Part shown: piece after piece, positions 1-8,508 of the stretch | Numbering within the stretch: the first letter of the stretch is position 1 | Layout of the letters: each line of letters opens with the position of its first letter | NCBI RefSeq assembly: GCF_006345805.1 | Contig: NW_021826461.1 | Coordinates: 1 to 12,938, forward strand | Direction: 5' to 3' | DNA from: Octopus sinensis | Lineage: Eukaryota | DNA: 12,938 nt | Made by a program: the position numbers and the translations under genes | Notes under the pieces: model-generated | The model's input: the letters and a program-made list of their open reading frames with translations, nothing else | The model's database searches: none | Told to the model about the DNA's origin: nothing

Positions 1-577
1 AAAAAAAGTGTGTCGCAACGGACACCAAATGACTTTAACATTGGCAGCTCTCCGGCTTGGAATTGCTACAGAAGGGGCTGTCGAAGTAAATCGAGTCTAA
101 AAACTGGTATTTATATCATTAAAACTCAACAGGAACGTGGTTAGCAGGAACCAAAGTACCATTCGAAGATATAATCCGGTTTGTCTACCTGTGGGCAAAA
201 AATATATCTTCTATGGAGATATGCATGGAAAATCTTGGTTGGGCTTCACATACAACCGTAGACTGGAGATGTGGAGTAGCGCCAAATGGCGTAATAGAAA
301 ACAAAGGGGAACAGTCAGACAACACCTTAATAGTTATTTTACGGAGTTCATTTGGCGACAGACAGCCAAAAGAAAGAATTTGAAACAATCATGGAGTGCA
401 TTGCCTTACATTGTCCCCCAGAATCAAAACTAAATAAAAAAAATAATTAATAATTTTGTATAAAAATAATTAATTTTTTTATAGTAATATTATTTAAAAA
501 AGGTAATTATCACCAAAAAAAATATAGTTTTTTTAAAATTCGCTAAAAAGTGGCCGCCAACTACTACATATGTACCC
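1..577 (+). mobile_element. 3' portion of a decayed, internally deleted Merlin (IS1016/ISXO2-like) DNA transposon
   Basis: Bases 1-110 read KKVCRNGHQMTLT.. / WNCYRRGCRSKSSLKTG, a Merlin-like N-terminal Zn ribbon. ORF 137-433 ends in EMWSSAKWRNRKQRGTVRQHLNSYFTEFIWRQ, matching the ISXO2/Merlin C-terminal 'E..W...K.....RG....L.SYL.EF.WR' motif. A GC-richer island at 550-577 (reverse complement (G)GGTACATATGTAGTAGTTGGCGGCCAC) fits the GG-starting Merlin TIR. The left end lies outside the window, so TIR pairing and TSD cannot be confirmed. Confidence 0.75.
137..433 (+). pseudogene. Merlin/ISXO2-like transposase C-terminal fragment
   Basis: C-terminal motif as above. The catalytic core (VEIDES, SD.W) is not visible, so it is a deletion derivative. 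Confidence 0.7.
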
Positions 578-1388
578 AATTACTTTAAATCTGGGAAGGT
601 ATTGTAAATTGACTCTGCAAAAGTAAATAAATTTCTGCTGTCGCCGTCAGTTATATTATCACCTAAAATAATGTATGACAGCAATACCATTCTTGATTAA
701 GGTTGGGAATAAAAGTGTGTAAAGGTTTTCATAATAAGGAATGTCTTCAAATTTAAGAGAATTCAAATCTATCGGGGGAGCAACTTGTATTATAGGAAAT
801 ATCGTTTTTATTGGAAATATAGCATTATCCCTATTGCTAAAATATATAATTTGTTATCTGGTGTACTCAAAAATAGATTTTATTTCTTTCAGAAAATCAG
901 GATTGTAAACTGTTTCTAAATTCTCACAAATTCGTTTCAACAGTTCATTTTTATTTCCAGAAATCTTTGCATAAATATAATGACAAAGTTTTTGTAAATC
1001 AACTTTTCGAAGTTGCCTGAGTAATATCTATTAAAATTTCAATATTTGATATAAACTATATAAGGAGCCAAAATTTCATTTCTCGGCATTTTAAAACAAA
1101 AATTTCCAAAAAGTCTCACTAAAGTGATTTAATAATATCAGTCTATTTAGCTAAAAATCAAAACTTAAAAAAATTAAGAATAATTAATTTATTAAATCAG
1201 CTTATTTTATATAACAAATTAATTATTAATCAATGGAAACTAGTTAAATTAAAATACTAAAAATGTATATAAAACAATAATTAATATATAATGCATATTA
1301 AATTTATTTTTGTTATAAATAAATTAATTTATTATATGAATTTTATTTTAAAAATATAAAAATTGTTTAAATAAATAAAAAAACTTTT

Positions 1389-2409
1389 ATGTCCTTGGAT
1401 CGTGTTTTTGTTAGCCCCCTTGGCTGAGGCAACGAGTACTTCTGGCACGACACAGTTGAAAAATGGGGATCTCCTACCTTCCTTCCGGTCTTGGCGTGGC
1501 GTTATGGGGTCCACTATGTCAGTTGGAACTTCCAATCGGATATGGCAACGCTCAGGAGGCACTTGATGCCTACCGAAAAAGGACTCAAACGAAAGAAAGA
1601 CCGGCGACAATACCTCTTCGGTCACCACCCCCGCGGGAGACTTAGGCAGACGGTCGGTGGGGACGGTGGGGCACCTGATCATGTCGGTGTCGATGACTGT
1701 GGTCTCCCTCCAAGTCATCTTCGAGTCCATCAAGGCCCTGTTTTCGGGGAAAATAGAAATAGAACTGGATGCAGTGTCGATCGGAAGTTTATTGGCCACG
1801 ATTGGTAGATTATCAGCACATGTGTGATTAGTCTCAAAGGCAGTCCTTTTTCTCCTTCTTTTCCGGAAGAATACTCCTCCCTTCAGGACGATTCACAAGG
1901 ACAGCTTCAACGACGTCCTCAGCAACTCGTTTACTTTGATTTGTGTGTTCGCTGGTCAGTCGATGTGACTGAGTTGTAGTCACCCAAGGAGTGCGCAATT
2001 GGAACCCCAACTGGAAGTATTTGGACCCCCTGGTGGCCATTGCCCTGTCCTCCTACATTGTGGTGAGGTGGGTCCTCGTCTCTCTCGGTCTGCAGTGTTG
2101 CCCATTTAAGATTTGGGGAGGAGACTGAGTGGAGTGACTGCAGACTCTCACTTCATCCAGCGACTGGCCTGGGTGTGTCTCAACCACCACCGGGACATAA
2201 TCAGCATTGACACGATCCGCGGAATCCACTTTGGGGACAATCTGATTGCGGACGTGCACATTGTCCTGCCCCCTTCCATGGCACTCAGCACAGCCCATGA
2301 CATTGGCGAGTCACTCCAACTCGAACGGTTCGAGGATGTCCAAATAGCCTTTGTGCACCTCGACTACGAGTCCGACCACCATCCGTCCGTCGAGCATGTG
2401 TTTAAATGA
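1389..2409 (+). CDS. Cation diffusion facilitator (Mn-CDF/metal tolerance protein-like), multi-exon; TM1-TM2 not found, possibly a pseudogene
   Basis: Removing GT-AG introns 1621-1645 (25 nt), 1805-1831 (27), 1955-1979 (25) and 2088-2110 (23) gives one frame: KKDRRQYLFG-RRSVGTVGHLIMSVSMTVVSLQVIFESIKALF..SKAVLFLLLFRK..HKDSFNDVLSNS..WKYLDPLVAIALSSYIVVRW..LSGVTAD..IDTIRGIHFG..DVHIVLPPSMALSTAHDIGESLQLERFEDVQIAFVHLDYE..VFK*. This contains the TM5 DxxxD motif (DSFND) and the CDF dimerisation domain. The start (ATG 1389) and the structure upstream of about 1580 are uncertain. Confidence 0.85.
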
Positions 2410-2485
2410 TAGTTGTATCTTTTATTCAACCTACTCATTGCCCAACGATTGGTCAATAACACTAAATAACATTTAACACAATTTG

Positions 2486-3556
2486 TCAGTCGAAAAGAGA
2501 ACAAACCCGGGAGAGAGAGTACTGGCCATACTCCTCTGCAGGGATAAGGGCGGACAGTACTCTTGTATATACTGAATGTTATGTTGTCGCACACATTCAA
2601 CTCGTCCCCCCACACATTCCACTGTAGACACGGCCGCTGAGAGTCATCAACACTCCTCACCCACAAATAATGTCCGAATTTGAGTTGGCAGACGTGCACA
2701 ACTTGGGTGGCCACCACATTCCTGGTCATACAAAAACATACTCGTCGAAAGTGTAGACCCACACGGCTGCTGATGTGGCAATGGCCAGTGCGTGGTAGTG
2801 TCTCCCGTTGTTGGGGGCAAACACACAGTCCAGAGGGGGCGAGTCGGGCAGTTCAAACACTCTTTTACGATTGCCTTTCAAATCTGTGAGGACGACCGAC
2901 CCACATTCGTCCCCACCCACAGCCACTGCCAGCAGAGGGAGGAACATTCTTAAATAGGCAGCCCAAGGAACCTCGAGTTACTCCAGGAGAGAGAGCGAGA
3001 GGGAGTCTGTAGCTCGATGGAGCGGAGAACAACCCAACTGTCGAGGAAGGCAATGTTAGTGCTTATCATAACATTAACCAGCCCGTCAATACTCAGACCG
3101 GCCTCACACTTACGACTGCCCACAAACCAGTGTCAGGTCGTAGGGGGAGAACTTGGTGCAAATGACTGACTTGTTCCAGTACCCCAGTCGACAGCAGACC
3201 CTCCAAACTCGGGTAGTCCTCTTATTTGATGGATTTTTCTCGTCTGCTGTGGGGGAAGGAGGTGACCTTTTTCCTGGAAAATGAAGACTTTGAAGTCTGA
3301 GGCGCCCGAGGCAATGACACTGCCGTAGTGCTCGGGTGCCCAACAGGCTGTGAGGACGCGGCCATTGTGGTGCTGGGAGTGGGGGAGGATTAGTAACCCG
3401 CAGTGTGGTACTGCATCTCCACGTATCGCCTGTCCTATCCCAAACCTTGACCAACGAATCACTGGAACATGTCAGCATTCGCGTGCTGTTGAAATTGAGG
3501 GCAATTGAATTGATCACATCCTCGTGCCCGGATTTCATTTGCGTTCCACAAGGCAT
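2486..3556 (-). CDS. SEH1: Nucleoporin SEH1-like WD40 protein, about 301 aa, probably 8 exons
   Basis: ATG at 3556. Introns (plus coordinates) 3373-3397, 3244/3247-3266, 3103-3127, 2949-2971, 2722-2741, probably 2637-2660, and 2536-2560. Splicing gives an open frame to TGA at 2486-2488: HEDVINSIALNFNSTRMLTCSSDSLVKVWDR..WAPEHYGSVIASGASDFKVFIFQE..VICTKFSPYDLTLAGLSIDGLV..LSWSNSRMFLPLLAVAVG..FAPNNGRHYHALAIAT..LQWNVWG. TCSSD..VKVWD and FAPNxGRxxHxLAIAT are SEH1 rather than SEC13 signatures. Confidence 0.88.
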
Positions 3557-3681
3557 TATTATTCTTTCCAATATATTTAATACATTTTCTGGAGTGGGAC
3601 GAGGAATGGCTTTTTAGTCTCTCACAGTACAGTTATAATTAATAAAGTAAATAGTTTAAATAAATAAGTGTTGTTAGTTGA
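3557..3681. promoter_or_regulatory. 125-bp divergent intergenic region, putative bidirectional promoter
   Basis: Separates the head-to-head ATGs of SEH1 (3556, -) and the LMBR1-like gene (3682, +), with an AT-rich core at 3634-3667. Function is inferred from geometry only. Confidence 0.5.
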
Positions 3682-4446
3682 ATGGAGGACGAAGAACAGT
3701 TCAACGACACAGTGCGTGAATATGTGGTGGTTTCCCAGTGTGACCCTCCTAGGTTGTCTTCCTAATGTGGATCACCGTCTACCTCGTCTCCTTCTACACC
3801 ATCGGGAGATATCGCACAAGTCTGAAAGTGCTCTACAGGACGGATGACCGAGTGACCCACTCTCAGCTGTTCCGTCATCAATTGTAGTCAACTGTCTCTA
3901 CTCTCTAGGTTTGTGGTACTTTGTGTCCTCCACTGTGGGGGTGTTCTACCTTCTCCTCATTCCATACTTCCTTCTCGAGTCGGCCCGATTCCGCGGACCA
4001 TTCAGAGTAAGGACTACTCCACATTGCAGGGCATCCTCGGGAGGGTGAGTGAGCCCGTCTGCGTGCTGTGCCTCCTCGGTTGGGTCCTTCTCCACATTGC
4101 TTTCATTGTGCAGGACCGATATTCCAAACACTACTTCTCTCACCTCTACGAACAGTTTTATTCCATTTTGTGTCTTCTCGGAGTCGGTTTCCACCTGTGT
4201 AAGTCACCTCGGCTTGTTGTAGTCTGCGCTCCCCGAGGACTGTCCTCCCTCATGCCATTTCACACGCGACGGACAGTCCGATTGCTTTATTTCACTTATT
4301 TCGTTTATTCCGCGTTTGGGAGTGTCCGTGATGGTGGTCTCTATATGACTGACCACGTAATCCTCTATTCTGATTGACAGGGGGATCCCTCCGTGTCCAA
4401 ACTCGGCCCTTTGGTGGATGTGGGAATGATTTCGTACGCTTATTCG
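3682..4446 (+). pseudogene. LMBR1: LMBR1/LMBR1L-like membrane protein gene, internally deleted and 3'-truncated
   Basis: Reads MEDEEQFNDTVREYV|VVFLMWITVYLVSFYTIGRYR..DDRV, then in another frame LSCSVINC|LWYFV..LLIPYFLLESARFRGPFR|GILGRVSE..FYSILCLLGVGFHLF|CAPRGLSSLM..|GDPSVSKLG. These blocks are colinear with LMBR1 motifs (EQ.FH..VRE; GLW..FLESEGF.G..GI.AR..E; LYSCISL.G..LCTP.GL). Introns: 3727-3752, 3884-3908, 4007-4029, 4199-4222, 4357-4380. There is a frameshifting deletion near 3860 and the C-terminal helices are missing where the RT relic begins. Confidence 0.78.
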
Positions 4447-4479
4447 GTCACCCAAGTAGATATTAAAGTGTGTGGTACA

Positions 4480-4991
4480 CATTGGAAAAATATGTGGTGG
4501 AAAAATAGTTGAGTACTCAGACTGTGGAAATTAGAAAGAAAATGTTCATTTTAGGAGGCCGTTAAATATTTGCCAAGTTGGAAGGCTCAAGGCTACAATG
4601 TGTGTAATTTTTGAACAAATGCTTAATGTAATAAAAGGAGAAATCGTTCCAGGAGATTGGTTCTATATAGGGGCGGCATATTTTATCCCGATAAGTGAAA
4701 ATTCAGTGTCCACAAAAAAGTAAAGACTTATAACAGGCATGCTGTTGCTATATAAACTAATGACCAATTGTGTAAACATCAAGCTTGATGCGTTTGTGGA
4801 AGCTTCCGCCCTTCTCTCAAAAAATCAATTAAGAACGAAGAAGCTTTGTCAAAGGGCAAAAAATAAGCTTTAGTAAACAAAGATATAAACAAAGCGAATG
4901 ATTAGAAACTTCATACTGCGTAGATCAATGTTAAAAAGCATTCGATTAAACTTTCTGAAACAGATTTCGGAAAAGTCTGGTCTATCTGGAT
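4480..4991 (+). mobile_element. Decayed REL-type (R4/NeSL-like) non-LTR retrotransposon RT, part left of the hAT insertion
   Basis: Fragments with stops and frameshifts: WKNMW, YLPSWKAQG, PGDWFYIGAAYFIP, RLITGMLLLYKLMTNCV (RPITC..YK), LSKNQL, A*INVKKAFD (RT motif A), EKSGLSG up to the TSD. The left boundary is approximate. Confidence 0.82.
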
Positions 4992-5233
4992 CAGACGTCA
5001 CCAAACTACGACCCGCGGGCCGGATCCGGCCGCGACAACATTTTATCCGGCCCGCGCACTATTTCGAGATATTCAATTAATACCTTAATAATTAACTTAA
5101 ATAAAAACTTTAATTAAAAAATTAAACTATTTTGCAAGATTTAATTCGAAAAAAACTTATCAGCATTAACGTTAAATTTTTCTTTGTTGCTATGTCTAAT
5201 ATGAAAAGAAAGGTTGACCGCGAATGCCGTGTA

Positions 5234-6580
5234 CAGTCCGACCCCCAAATGGGGCACCAAGTGCCCCAAAATGCGGGGGTGCCCCAAAAACAGGGGTTTG
5301 TTATTTTTTTAAAAATTAAACCATTAATAAACATCAAAAAACATTTTTACTAAAATATTCAGTTATTTTCTTTTTATTTGTAGAGTTTTGTCTGATATTG
5401 TTCGTCAATTTCAGCCGAAAATCAAAAAAATCTCGGAGCATACTTGGTGCAACATTAGAAATTTTTTCTTCTAAATTGTTAAGCAGATCTTTTGTTTTTG
5501 CTACGACATTTTCACTATTTTCGGTTTCTGAATATGTATCATAAACATTATTGTTCATGTCTTCGCATTCTCCATCAATTGTTTCGTTAACAACTTGATC
5601 TAAATGTTCATCTGTTAGACAGTTTTTTGTTGCATAAGAATCACGGTTCCTGTCGATTTTCTTCCAACAATTAACAATACTTTTAGCATCTATTTTCTCC
5701 CATCCTTTTGAAATTAGCATCATAACCTGACGCAAATTTAATTTACCAATAGAATGTGTAAAATCGTTTTCTTTCCCTTGTTTATAACCAAAACACGGTT
5801 CGCCTTGTTCAACAAATGATTTTTGAGGAGTTCTTTTTATAAAAAGCGCAGTTTCATCACAATTAAATATATTCTCAGGTCCATATTTTAATACTTTCTG
5901 GTCATATTTTTCAAAATAATTTTTCACATAAGATAAATCACATGAAGCTTTTTCACCACATATTGACTTGAATTGAAGTTCATGCCGCAATTTAAATCTA
6001 TCAAGCCACCCATTGGAAGCTTTAAAAGAAGTAAATCCAATTTTTGAAGCTGTAACTAAGGCAATTTTTTCAAAATAGGGCCTGAAATCGGAATTTTATC
6101 TACGCGTAGTCTTTGAAATATTTCAAAGACTTGATCATCAAATTTATCTTTATCGGCTTTAAATGTGTCATATTCCTCAGAAATAGTATTGCCGTGTTGC
6201 AAGAAAGGTACAATATTTCGTTTTATTCTTGATATTGTTCCTTTACTTGTGTTGTACTTTTTCATTAGTTGCCTCTCAGATAAATTTTTCTTCAAAATTT
6301 CTTTAGCAATCTTCAATTTAGTTTCGTAATCCATAACCACAACAATAAAAATATAAATTGAAAATAAAACAAAAAATAATTAATTTATTATAATTTTATT
6401 TTATTTTTAATTCCTTATAAATGATTTTATGGTGCCCCAAAAATTCCATAATTTTTTATCGATTTTTATTTTTTTTCTGCCAAAATGTACTTTTGGAATA
6501 AAGTGCCCCAAATTGCGGGGGTGCCCCAAAATCCGAGGGTGCCCCACCCCTGGGGTCTGCCCCATTTTGGGGTCGGACTG
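5234..6580 (-). mobile_element. pogo/Tigger-family (Tc1/mariner superfamily) transposon, 1347-bp internal-deletion derivative
   Basis: TA TSD at 5232-5233 and 6581-6582. 23-bp TIRs CAGTCCGACCCC(C/A)AAATGGGGCA at 5234-5256 and 6558-6580 (1 mismatch). The empty site with a single TA is seen at 12902-12903. Confidence 0.96.
5334..6340 (-). pseudogene. Tigger/CENP-B-like transposase with a frameshift and a deleted DDD core
   Basis: HTH-psq (ETKLKI..SERQLMKKYNTSKGTISRI), then the CENP-B HTH (IPISGPILKK, frameshift at the A6 run 6065-6070, IA..FKASNGWLDRFKLRH). IFNCDETALF supplies the first catalytic D. After GYKQGKE the frame jumps (about 5768) to the C-terminal LNLRQVMMLISKGWEKI..IVNCWKK, so the DNA.xH and QP.D motifs are absent. 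Confidence 0.92.
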
Positions 6581-7424
6581 TATTCAATAAATTATGGGAA
6601 TTGAAGTATTTTTTTGCGAAAGATGAATTAAAGCAGAAAGCTTATTGTTTAATATGCCACGAACATCTCTCTGTTATGAAGGAGTATAACATTCGACGTC
6701 ATTATGAAACGAATCATGCTCCGATATATTCCAACTACACTGGAAAGCTACGTGAGGATAAAGTTGAATCACTGAAACGCACTTTACAAATTCAACAAGG
6801 CCTTATAAAAAAAAATTTTGAAAATAATGAAAATGTAACAAGAGCTGGATACGAGATAACGAAAATTATTTCACAACACGGGAAACCCTTTAGTGATGGG
6901 ATGTATATCAAAAATTGCATTATTGAAGCAGTTAATTGTTTGTGCCCACTAAATTCTTCCTTATTTGATGGAATAAGTTTGTCGGCGAGTTCTGTATCAC
7001 GGAGAACTGAAGAGCTTGGAAAAAATATATATTTACAAATTTGTGAAAAGACAAGTAATATGTTGTGGTATTCTCTTGCATTGGATGAGTCAGTTGACAT
7101 TTCGGGAACATCGCAACTTCTTATTTTTATTCGTGGAGTTGATGAGAATATTTCCATAACTGAAGAACTGGCATCTGTTTGTTCTATTCATGGAACAACC
7201 ACTGGAAAAGATATTTTTGATGAATTGGAACAAACTATAAGTGACTATAACCTTGAATGGGAGAAACTGAGTTGTGTTACGATTGACGGGGCAAAGAATA
7301 TGGCTGGTTCTAAAAAGGGTCTAGTTGGGCAAATAACTAATAAATTGGAGGAATTACATATTTCAAACACTTTGTTCATTCATTGCATCCTTCAGCAGCA
7401 CGCACTATGTGCAAAGGCTCTTAA

Positions 7425-7470
7425 TATTTCATGTGTGTTGAATCCAGTTATTTCATGTGTGTTGAATCCA
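7425..7470 (+). repeat. 22-bp direct repeat (period 24) within the hAT transposase
   Basis: TATTTCATGTGTGTTGAATCCA at 7425-7446 and 7449-7470, encoding ISCVLNP-V-ISCVLNP. Confidence 0.95.
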
Positions 7471-8508
7471 CTTAATCACCGTCAGTTTAAAGTTTTACTT
7501 GACGATTTTGGATCTGAATATTTTGACTTACCATATTACACTGCAGTTAGATGGCTTAGCTGTGGTAATGTATTAAATAGATTTTATAAACTCCGAAGTG
7601 AGATTGATATTTTTCTAACCAGTAAAAATAACTATTATCCCGAATTATCAGATCTTGCTTGGCTATCAAAATTATCATTTTTGGTTGATGTTACAACTCA
7701 CATGAATGAGCTAAATCTGAAATTACAAGAAAAGGAAAACTTAATTTGTGATTTCTACAGGATAATTAAAGCATTTCGACAAAAATTGATGTTATTCGGG
7801 TCACAACTTGGAGTACGTCAGTTTTCACACTTTTCTTGTTTTAAAAGTTTTTGTGAGGCAAACTGTAATGAGATCGACATTACTTTCCAAATTGGAATTA
7901 TCAAAGAATTAAAACATCATTTTTTACATAAGTTTTCTGAACTTGACAAAATTGAAAGCGATATAATTTTGTTCGAAAATCCATTTTCTTGTAATGTTGA
8001 AAATGTTCAACATGAATTACAATTAGAAGTTATTGACTTACAATCAAATGAACAGCTCAAAGATTGTCACAGACGGACCAAACTCGCTGAGTTCTACGAA
8101 TATCTCAAGGATGATGAGTTTCCGAGACTAAAGAATTTTGCGATAAAGATGATTTCTATATTTGGCACAACTTACCAATGTGAGCAAACGTTTTCGAGGA
8201 TGAAATATGTTAAGTCTGCCCATCGTGCAAGATTGACTGACGGACACTTAAAATCAATTCTCATGATAGGATGCAGCAGCATTTAAAACCAAATATTGAT
8301 GAACTTATCAAAAAAGATCACAGTTCCATAGCTCTCATTAAAATTTTTGTTTACTTTATTTTTGTTTAAATTAATTTTTATTGTAAAAAACACACTTATG
8401 AATTTCTAGTAAAATTATAATCCTATGCACGTGCTCCGGCCCGCGTTCATTGTGTTGGGGTCAATCCGGCCCGCGAGTGCAAAAAGTTTGGTGACCCCTG
8501 ATCTGGAT

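Larger units (their letters stand above)
5192..8341 (+). pseudogene. hAT transposase (GTF2IRD2-like), split by the pogo insertion: 5192-5233 joined to 6583-8286, with a frameshifted tail to 8341
   Basis: The joined frame reads MSNMKRKVDRECRV|FNKLWELKYFF..CLIC..RRHYETNH (Zn finger)..LALDES..VTIDGA..VRWLS..TTYQCEQTFS (DDE triad). The ORF-track start at 6601 is an internal TTG. The expected tail LKPNIDELIKK / RSQFHSSH* lies in two other frames at 8283-8341. Confidence 0.93.
4992..8500 (+). mobile_element. Full-length hAT DNA transposon (Buster/Charlie/SPIN group, GTF2IRD2-like transposase) carrying a nested pogo element
   Basis: Perfect 8-bp TSD ATCTGGAT at 4984-4991 and 8501-8508. 16-bp TIRs CAGACGTCACCAAACT (4992-5007) and AGTTTGGTGACCCCTG (8485-8500; reverse complement CAGGGGTCACCAAACT, 14/16 match). 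Subterminal TCCGGCCCGCG motifs at both ends. Length is 2160 bp once the nested insert and one TA are removed. Confidence 0.96.

Noticed and set aside
137-433. Bacterial IS1595/ISXO2 element implying prokaryotic origin or HGT
   Set aside because: Eukaryotic Merlin elements share this domain, and the surrounding genes are spliced.
578-1330. Roughly 60-codon stop-free stretch on the minus strand (about 660-850) in AT-rich DNA
   Set aside because: No start codon or motif that I recognise. It may be a coding relic but cannot be supported without a search.
1402-1414. Possible 13-nt intron GTGTTTTTGTTAG that would rescue the ATG-1389 frame
   Set aside because: Well below the 20-27 nt range seen elsewhere. 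A 1-bp error in the adjacent C run or a deletion explains it equally well.
1332-2298. Minus-strand ORFs 1332-1799, 1834-2040 and 2053-2298
   Set aside because: Antisense shadows of the GC-rich CDF exons, with no recognisable motifs.
4898-5353. ORFs 4898-5080, 5122-5337 and 5132-5353
   Set aside because: Chimeric read-through across the RT/hAT and hAT/pogo junctions.
6056-6075. Programmed -1 frameshift in the pogo transposase, as in some bacterial IS630/IS3 elements
   Set aside because: No in-frame X XXY YYZ slippery heptamer or evident stimulatory structure. Other 1-bp homopolymer losses in the window point to mutation or sequencing error.
6432-6564. CRISPR-like or G-quadruplex array from the GTGCCCCA repeats
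   Set aside because: Units are 8 bp with about 10-bp spacers, in a eukaryotic context, and are explained as transposon subterminal motifs.
6601-8286. Domesticated GTF2IRD2/ZBED-like host gene
   Set aside because: Flanked by TIRs and a TSD, multicopy, interrupted and intronless, so it is a transposon.
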